Source of the DNA: Candidatus Andersenbacteria bacterium RIFCSPHIGHO2_02_FULL_46_16
Lineage (GTDB): Bacteria > Patescibacteriota > Andersenbacteria > UBA10190
DNA length: 64,000 nucleotides
Assembly (NCBI GenBank): GCA_001817065.1
Contig: MHHQ01000015.1
Span: 1,017-65,016, forward strand
Reading direction: 5' to 3'
Shown here: positions 57,271 to 64,000 of the stretch, piece by piece
Layout of the letters: every line of letters starts with the position of its first letter
How positions within the stretch are numbered: the first letter of the stretch is position 1
The notes under the pieces: model-generated
Told to the model about the DNA's origin: nothing
The model's database searches: none
The model's input: only the letters and a program-made list of their open reading frames with translations
Program-made: the position numbers and the translations under genes

Positions 57271-60171
57271 TCATGTACCCCCGAGAATATTTAACATGAT
57301 GATAATTTCTTGCAGGGTGTGAGGGGTGATGGCGGCGGTAGTTAGAACCAGCTGATTGTTATTAATCGACCAGTCTTCCGGCAAGCGAGCAGCCAGACTG
57401 TCGTTGAGCGGAAGGTGGTGAAAAGATAAAACAATCCGGTAGAAGGGCGGCTGGTGCGAGGGGGTTATCGAACGAGTGTCAATCAATAGAACCTGATGAA
57501 GAGCGGCTAAATGTTGGATTTGCAGCAAGTAATAAAGATTAGTTAGGGGGACAGGAGGAGGGCCGAATTGGTTGGTAATTTCGGCTATGGTGGCTGACAG
57601 GATATCTAAGGTACGTGAGCGAGAGAGTTTTTGGTAGTAGCTGGTGCGTTGAGATAATTCTGGCAGGTAAGAGGTGGGGATGTGAGCGGAGATGGGCAGA
57701 TTAATATTAATGTCATGCCGCATGGCCGGACTGCCGGTGGTTTGGTCAATGGCGTCATGCACCATATCCAAATACAGTTGGACGCCAACAGCGTTGACTG
57801 AGCCAGACTGCTGCTCACCAAGCAAATTACCTGCTCCTCTGATTTCCAGATCGCGTCGGGCTAAAGACCAACCGGATCCCAAGCGAGAGGCTTCGGTTAA
57901 AGCGGTTAGGCGCTGGCGTTGGATGGAGGTAAGTTCAGTTTGATTGTAGAGAAATAGAGCATAGCCTTGCTGCTTCCGGCGACCAATGCGGCCGCGGAGC
58001 TGATACAAATCAGATAGACCAAAGTGAGTGGCGTGCGTAACGATAATAGTATTGGCGCACGGCAAGTCCAGTCCGTTGGCGATGATAGTAGAGCTAATAA
58101 GAATGTCGATTTGCCGGTGATCAAACTGCTGCATGGTTGAAGCGATTTGTTGACTGGACATTTGGCCATGCAGCAGAGCGAGACGAGCGGTGGGTGAGCT
58201 GCTGGCAATACGGTGGGCAAGAGCGGAGAGCTGGCGAATTTTGGGGGCAATAACATAAATCTGTCCGTGGCGTTTAAGTTCACGATCAAGAGCTTGCTTG
58301 ATGATAATATCACTATCTCGTCCCACCCAAGTGAAAATACTTTTGCGGCCAGGGGGAGCGGTGTTTATGACAGACAGTTGTTTAAGATGAGATAAAGCCA
58401 TGGAAAGAGTGCGGGGAATCGGAGTGGCGGTGAGGGAAAGAATGTCGAGACGTGAGCGAAGTTTTTTAAAATGTTCCTTGTGGGCAACGCCAAAGCGTTG
58501 TTCTTCATCGATGACAACCAGTCCCAGATTGTGCCAGAGGGTACTTTTAGACAGGAGAGCGTGAGTGCCAATAACGATGCTGACTTGCCCCGTCGCGATT
58601 TTCTCTCTGACGGCTTGGCGGTCGGCAGCGGTGGAGAAACGCGAAAGAGTTGCTAGTTGTTTAGTTAAATGAGGCAGGCGGCTGGCAAATAAATCATAAT
58701 GTTGCTGGACGAGGATTGTGGTCGGAGCCAGAATGGCAACTTGCTGTTTATTGTTCATGGTATGGCAGGCAGCTCGAATGGCTAGTTCGGTTTTACCAAA
58801 ACCGACATCGCCGATCACTAAGCGGTCCATGGGCGTTGCTTGAGTCAAGTCGTGGCGGATATCCTGCCAGGCTGATGCCTGGTCTGGTGTCAGTTCGTAA
58901 GGGAATGATTTGTTTAGCCAGTCATCTAGGGATGGGTCGAGATGGTAATAAGGCCGAGTAGTCTGCTGGCGCAGAGCTTCGTTTTTTAGCAGTTCACGAG
59001 CGAAAGCGGCGGCATCGCGCTGGGCGTGACGGCGGCTTTTTTGCCAAAGTTGACTGCCCAAGCGATGGATAATGGGCGTGGTATTGCCCAGATAAGGAGA
59101 GACTTTATAAGCATACTCGACTGGAACCGAGAGTGTATCACCCGCTGCGTAACGCAGAATCAGGTAATCCTTAGTGTAATTATTGATAGTGCGTTGTTTC
59201 ATGCCCTCAAAGATTCCGATGCCGTGGTCGCTGTGAACGGCTGGTTTATTTTCTTGTAATTGAGTGAGCAATGCGAGACCGTTGGCATGGGAAATGGGAC
59301 GTGGCTGATTAGTGTTCGGCGGTTTGAGGGCAAGGGGTATGGTGATAGCAGGGAAGGGGATGGTGGGATGCAGAGCGTCATAGACGATGTTGCTTGAACC
59401 AAATAGTTGAACAAATGAGGGACGGATGATGGTGTAAGAACCAATTATTTTGTCCAAGCCGGTCGATGGCAAGTGAAACGATACAGGAGGGATGATTAAT
59501 TTATCAAGGGTTTGCCGGCGGAAATCGGAATCGTACTCAATCTTTTCTAGGTTGGGGCCATAAAGAGTGACCGTGTAGTGTCCTTGATGCAGGGGGTGTT
59601 TGATGACCAACTGTTCACCACGGATAAGGAATGTGCCTGGTTCGATTGAAGTGCGGTGACGACGGTAACCGAGAGTTGTTAAATCTTTTATTAGCACGGC
59701 GAGGGAGACTCTGACATTACGGTGCCAGACCAGTTGGCTGGCGTGGTATTCGTCTGGATGGGGAAGTGAAATGTTAATTAAAGAAAGAGGAACAACAAAG
59801 TTGTGATTCGGGGCACTGCTCAGCAGGTGGTGAACACCTATGCTTAAGGCGGAACAGATGTCGCCAGTAATCTCTTGTTCAGTTAATGCACCGGAAAGAA
59901 AATGCCAATCCTCATTGACATTAAGCAGGCGCCGTAAGTGGTTGAGATAAGCAGTAAATACTTGGGCATGGTGCATTGATTGATCAATCACGACTATTTT
60001 ATAAGGAGCAGGAAAAGTGGCTAAGAAAAGAGGCAAATTTTCTGAGGAAAGGCTGAGAAGAATATCTTGAGGGTGTGCCTTGGCCAGGTGGTCAACTTGG
60101 TGATTAAAACTACTAAGCTGATGCTGCAGCTTTTGCATATCTAACAGAGGATTGTCAGGCACCATATTCAT
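57271..60171 (-). CDS. mfd: Transcription-repair coupling factor Mfd
   Basis: RecG-like SF2 helicase core: Walker [20 protein letters not shown]; TRCF C-terminal domain; 966 aa, so the N-terminus is shorter than E. coli Mfd. Confidence 0.85.
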   Translation of the reverse strand: MNMVPDNPLLDMQKLQHQLSSFNHQVDHLAKAHPQDILLSLSSENLPLFLATFPAPYKIVVIDQSMHHAQVFTAYLNHLRRLLNVNEDWHFLSGALTEQEITGDICSALSIGVHHLLSSAPNHNFVVPLSLINISLPHPDEYHASQLVWHRNVRVSLAVLIKDLTTLGYRRHRTSIEPGTFLIRGEQLVIKHPLHQGHYTVTLYGPNLEKIEYDSDFRRQTLDKLIIPPVSFHLPSTGLDKIIGSYTIIRPSFVQLFGSSNIVYDALHPTIPFPAITIPLALKPPNTNQPRPISHANGLALLTQLQENKPAVHSDHGIGIFEGMKQRTINNYTKDYLILRYAAGDTLSVPVEYAYKVSPYLGNTTPIIHRLGSQLWQKSRRHAQRDAAAFARELLKNEALRQQTTRPYYHLDPSLDDWLNKSFPYELTPDQASAWQDIRHDLTQATPMDRLVIGDVGFGKTELAIRAACHTMNNKQQVAILAPTTILVQQHYDLFASRLPHLTKQLATLSRFSTAADRQAVREKIATGQVSIVIGTHALLSKSTLWHNLGLVVIDEEQRFGVAHKEHFKKLRSRLDILSLTATPIPRTLSMALSHLKQLSVINTAPPGRKSIFTWVGRDSDIIIKQALDRELKRHGQIYVIAPKIRQLSALAHRIASSSPTARLALLHGQMSSQQIASTMQQFDHRQIDILISSTIIANGLDLPCANTIIVTHATHFGLSDLYQLRGRIGRRKQQGYALFLYNQTELTSIQRQRLTALTEASRLGSGWSLARRDLEIRGAGNLLGEQQSGSVNAVGVQLYLDMVHDAIDQTTGSPAMRHDININLPISAHIPTSYLPELSQRTSYYQKLSRSRTLDILSATIAEITNQFGPPPVPLTNLYYLLQIQHLAALHQVLLIDTRSITPSHQPPFYRIVLSFHHLPLNDSLAARLPEDWSINNNQLVLTTAAITPHTLQEIIIMLNILGGT

Positions 60172-60212
60172 TGACGTTAGTGTAGGATAAGTGTAGATTA
60201 GTTTGTTATTCT

Positions 60213-60992
60213 ATGGTATTTGAAAAAGAACTCAATAGTCTGGGATTAAAAGAAAAAGAAGCAGCGGTTTATTTGACGTGTTTGCAACTGGGTCCGGCGC
60301 CGGTTCAGGCGATTGCTAGGAAAGCTCGTGTGGTTAGAGCGACGACGTATGTAGTGTTAGAGTCCTTGCAAAAGGCTGGATTGGTGACCCATTATAAGGA
60401 TGGCAAAAAAACTTTATATTCAGCGGAAGCTCCGCGGCAATTAATGCGATTATTAGAAAAGGAGAGGGAGGTTATTGATGAGAAGCAGCACGATTTAGAA
60501 CTTATTTTGCCGGAATTGCAGATATTGATGAAGGCGGCGGGAGGCCGGCCATCGGTTAGGTATTTTAGTGGTATTAATGGGTTGAGAGCTATCCGTCAAG
60601 AGATGGTTATGTATAGTAGATCAGGTGATGTGTGGTACAACTATACACCCACTGACCATTTAGAGGCGGTTTTTGGCAAAGGGGGAGAGCTTACTTATAC
60701 AGATCAACGGGTGGCTAAGGGTATTCACGCAAAAACACTATTTTCGACAAAATCTGAAACTTTGAAGAAAGAATTGTTAGCAATGAAGGATAAATATGTG
60801 GAGAGGCGTTATTTGCCGCCTGGACTGTATAAGAGCGCAAGCGGTATGACAGTATATAGAGATCGTGTGGCGATTGGTGTATTTATTGGTAAAATTGGCG
60901 GGGTAGTAATAGAAAGCCAAGTGATAGCGGACACTATGCGCAGTCTGTTTGATATGGCTTGGAAAAGTGCAGAAAAGATTGACAAAGAGTAA
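60213..60992 (+). CDS. TrmB-family transcriptional regulator (winged HTH)
   Basis: N-terminal LGLKEKEAAVYLTCLQLGPAPVQAIARKARVVRATTYVVLESLQKAGLV is typical of TrmB wHTH proteins. Confidence 0.7.
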   Translation: MVFEKELNSLGLKEKEAAVYLTCLQLGPAPVQAIARKARVVRATTYVVLESLQKAGLVTHYKDGKKTLYSAEAPRQLMRLLEKEREVIDEKQHDLELILPELQILMKAAGGRPSVRYFSGINGLRAIRQEMVMYSRSGDVWYNYTPTDHLEAVFGKGGELTYTDQRVAKGIHAKTLFSTKSETLKKELLAMKDKYVERRYLPPGLYKSASGMTVYRDRVAIGVFIGKIGGVVIESQVIADTMRSLFDMAWKSAEKIDKE

Positions 60993-61790
60993 ATTGATGT
61001 TAAGTTTGAGGCATAGAAGTAAGGTGCTTCTATTCACATGACAATGGCGTGTGATTTGTTCTTAAGGAAGGATTCACAGGAGGAGGACAATGAGATGGTC
61101 CACTAACTCACTCCACTGTGGTCCTCGGCGAATTTGAGAACAGGAGGTTACTGTGTCCCCAAATGGAATTGGATGGTGGGAAGGGGCTTTCTGTTTGCCG
61201 CTTGGGTTCTGGACTGGAATTATTAGTTTTTGTCTTTCAGCTAACTTACTTCCAGAACCCAAAGCGGCTTTTTATATTGCCAATTTGCCTACATTTGGTA
61301 AACTATTTGTTGGTTGTTCTTATTTGTATTCGCCGAGGTATCACCTCGACTGGGTTCGCTGAGAAGTTCTTTTGTGCTTACAAAACCATCTGGTTAAAAA
61401 AGCATTTAAAAGGACACTATTAGCGAACCCTTTTTTCTTGGTGTTAGATGATTTTTCATAATGATTAAAACAAGAGAGAGCAGTAGCTACCGCAGCGGTA
61501 TTACAAAATAGCAAGCTAGAAGTTTTTAAAATTCTGCACCGTAATTTATTGGTTCAGTTGATCTTGGTCTAATTTTTTATGAGCTCTTCTATTGACTTGA
61601 AACAGTATTTTGTTATGATTTTATGTTCATTGAAATTAATAGTTTTTGTCCTGATAATCCCGCTTGGCGTAGTAACGCTTCAGAACAACCCCTCCTATAG
61701 TTCTGGGCGTTGCTCGTCAGTGGGATTGTCCGGATAAACAATAAGTAAATACTAGTGTCGCAAAGAAGCGGCAGGCTCTATGATAAGTGT

Positions 61791-62291
61791 ATGAAGATAC
61801 TTTTTGGATTAGGTAATATTGGGAAAGAGTTTAAAGGGACTAGACATAATTTGGGTGAAGCGATGTTGCGGGCATGGGAGGAACAGGCGACAACGGATGG
61901 GTTAGATGGGGTGAGGCTGATACATCCATTAGGACTGATGAATAATTCCGGAGATGATCTGGTAAGGGAAGTGGGGCGGCCACTATCTGAGGTGGATGAT
62001 TTAGTATTGATTCATGATGACATGGAGTTACCGTTAGGCGAGTGTAAGACAACTGTCGGCGGAAGTGCTAAAGGTCATAATGGTGTTAGGTCTGTACTTC
62101 AAGCATTGGGAGACAGAGAGATCACTCGTTTGCGCTTAGGTATTGGGCGTCCAACTTCTGGAATGACGGCAAGAGATTTTGTGTTAGCGCGATTTCGCCC
62201 AGAAGAAAAAGCCTTGTTGGGAGTTATGAGCGAGCGGGCAATATTACTGATCGACCAATTCTTATTCGGCGTCGAGACCAAGAACAATTAA
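61791..62291 (+). CDS. pth: Peptidyl-tRNA hydrolase
   Basis: MKILFGLGNIG...HNGVRS signature; ORF track frame begins at 61755, first plausible ATG is 61791. Confidence 0.85.
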   Translation: MKILFGLGNIGKEFKGTRHNLGEAMLRAWEEQATTDGLDGVRLIHPLGLMNNSGDDLVREVGRPLSEVDDLVLIHDDMELPLGECKTTVGGSAKGHNGVRSVLQALGDREITRLRLGIGRPTSGMTARDFVLARFRPEEKALLGVMSERAILLIDQFLFGVETKNN

Positions 62292-63926
62292 TAAGTTTGC
62301 TGCCGTGGATTTTTCTGAGTCTGGCAGGGGGCTGCTTGTCTTAGCATTGATGATAGCTGCGACTTTGGCCGCTGCGTCGGATTGGTCTGGTGAGGTATAG
62401 TAAACAATGGTTTGTGGAGCTGTTTTGATGGCGGCATTTCCGATAGCGGTGACTTGGTAATCCTCGGCGGTGAGTTTGTCGCTGGTTCGTTTAGCTAAAC
62501 CGGTAATAGTTGTGCCGTTGCGTACCTCAATAGTGGGCAAGGAGATGGATGTGACGACGGGTGATGGAGTGGGGGAGGCACTAGGGCTAGGACTGGGAGA
62601 ATGGCTTGGTGAAACAACGGGAGGGATGGACTCTTTAATGGGTTCCGCTGTTTGATCTAGGATACTCGAGGCTATGGCTTGCAGTTCAGAATAATCGCCA
62701 GTGCGAGTGCGAAGAATTGAGGCTGGTACGCCGCCGAGTATTTCTGTTCCGCCAACCAGTATCCCTTTGGTGCCAGAGGTTAAAACAACCGAGTGGACTT
62801 GGGAGGGTTCGACGGCGCGGACTATTTCATAGAGACGCTTCATTTCCCAAAGCTGCATGTCGGTTCTGATATTATCGGAAACAGAATTAAGGATGGCGTT
62901 GAGTTTAGTAAAATCAAGGGCTGTCTGGACCGAAAAGACTTTGTCGCGAGCGGCGAGCAGAACTTGTTGCTGTCTGGCGGCGCGTTTGAAGTCCCCACCT
63001 TCGGGACCTTCAATGTAGCGGGCTCGAACATAAGCCAGAGCACGCTCGCCGTTCATTTTTTCCGTACCAGCCGGAAAAGATATTTTATGCCAATAATCAA
63101 AGAATGAATTATCGATGGTGATATTGATGCCCCCAATAGCATCAACAATGCTTTTAAAAGCAGTAAAGTCGACGCGGGCATAATAGTGAATAGGCTGGCC
63201 GGTAATGTTTTCCACTAATTTACTTAAAAGGATGGGACCATCGTCGACCTTTTGTGATTCGCCATAGGCGTGAACGGCGTTGATCTTACTGTAAAAATCG
63301 CGTCCCGGTACTTGGACATAAAGATCGCGGGGGATGGACATCAAAGAAGCGCGGTTAGTATACGGGTCCAGGCTGGCTATCATAATGGTGTCAGCTAATG
63401 CTTCTCCTTTATGCCCGTCACCGCCGACAGCAATTAACATGATATTGATTCGTCCTTCACTCTCACCCTCTAGCATGGAGCCTTGTTTAAGCAATAAGTC
63501 TTTTAACTGTCCGAGGATTGATCGGTCGGTCACGGTTATTTTATCCCCGGCGGCAATGATCTTATAACCAAAAATACCGACGCCGATGATAATCAATATC
63601 GTAATTAGGATAGCTGATCGCTTGAACCAAGAGTGTTTTTTGGGGCTGCGTCGGACGTGGTTTTGTCGACGGTCAGAGTGGATGGTGGACGTATTCTGGT
63701 GGGCCAGGTTGGTATGTCTAGTTATGTTAGATGGATGGGTTGGTGGTAAGCTAGGCTGGTCAAGTCCATAGCGGCGTTTAATGACCCCAAAGGCTCGTTT
63801 GTGCGGATTAGGTGACGGTTGTCTAATCATGTGAATAAAGTTGAAGCGTGGGGTTCTTTTACGAATTATATCTGCAGCTATGCTAGGCCAAAGAGAAGGA
63901 TTGAGCAAGGTTAGTAAATTATGCAT
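62262..63926 (-). CDS. LCP family (LytR-CpsA-Psr) cell-envelope phosphotransferase with SP-rich linker and LytR_C domain
   Basis: N-terminal TM helix; LCP core MLIAVGGDGHKGEALADTIMIASL...SIPRDLYV; SPSPSPSASPTPSP linker; C-terminal LytR_C-like region; 3' end overlaps pth by 30 nt. Confidence 0.8.
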   Translation of the reverse strand: MHNLLTLLNPSLWPSIAADIIRKRTPRFNFIHMIRQPSPNPHKRAFGVIKRRYGLDQPSLPPTHPSNITRHTNLAHQNTSTIHSDRRQNHVRRSPKKHSWFKRSAILITILIIIGVGIFGYKIIAAGDKITVTDRSILGQLKDLLLKQGSMLEGESEGRINIMLIAVGGDGHKGEALADTIMIASLDPYTNRASLMSIPRDLYVQVPGRDFYSKINAVHAYGESQKVDDGPILLSKLVENITGQPIHYYARVDFTAFKSIVDAIGGINITIDNSFFDYWHKISFPAGTEKMNGERALAYVRARYIEGPEGGDFKRAARQQQVLLAARDKVFSVQTALDFTKLNAILNSVSDNIRTDMQLWEMKRLYEIVRAVEPSQVHSVVLTSGTKGILVGGTEILGGVPASILRTRTGDYSELQAIASSILDQTAEPIKESIPPVVSPSHSPSPSPSASPTPSPVVTSISLPTIEVRNGTTITGLAKRTSDKLTAEDYQVTAIGNAAIKTAPQTIVYYTSPDQSDAAAKVAAIINAKTSSPLPDSEKSTAANLLIVLGLDAE

Positions 63927-64000
63927 TCACATTACCATTTTTAGGGTGCCGAAGTATACATGAGGCAGCGGATGAGATATAATAAATATTTATAGGTGGT

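Noticed and set aside
62262-62291. 30-nt convergent overlap of pth and the LCP gene as a frameshift or assembly error
   Set aside because: Both reading frames are intact with conserved C-termini (pth ...FGVETKNN; LCP ...LGLDAE). Short convergent overlaps are plausible in compact genomes.

Overview
This 64-kb chromosomal window comes from a small-genome, moderately AT-rich bacterium in which housekeeping genes are interspersed with unusual accessory DNA. The recognisable core genes are csrA, argS, ileS, an alpha2-type glycyl-tRNA synthetase, leuS, recO, rarA, tatD, parA/parB, topA, dprA, mfd, pth, pyrE/pyrF-like genes and a TrmB-family regulator. There are also several large DUF11/FG-GAP-type surface proteins, an LCP protein, GT2 and YfhO-like envelope genes and a tRNA-Leu(CAA). 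This gene set is reminiscent of Patescibacteria/CPR-like lineages, but that is inference only. No CRISPR array and no rRNA genes were seen.

Four kinds of accessory DNA stand out:
(1) A ~5-kb island at 13.5-18.5 kb sits between argS and ileS. It carries a tyrosine recombinase transcribed away from a row of four small minus-strand genes (NDT-like, two unknowns, MazG-like) and one small plus-strand gene. Each gene is followed by a member of a structured repeat family with covarying hairpins. I interpret this as an integron-like gene-cassette array with a XerC/D-sized recombinase, and it is the best candidate here for an undescribed system.
(2) A 135-bp MITE with 12-bp terminal inverted repeats and 8-bp target-site duplications is present in two copies. 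One copy splits a gene that can be rebuilt perfectly in silico.
(3) A 172-bp GC-rich palindromic element is present in three near-identical copies.
(4) A family of A-rich low-complexity mosaic repeats lies between genes at several loci, and one instance encodes the last ~30 codons of leuS.

Also notable are an ArgRS in which both histidines of the HIGH signature are replaced, and several small ORFs with their own expression signals.
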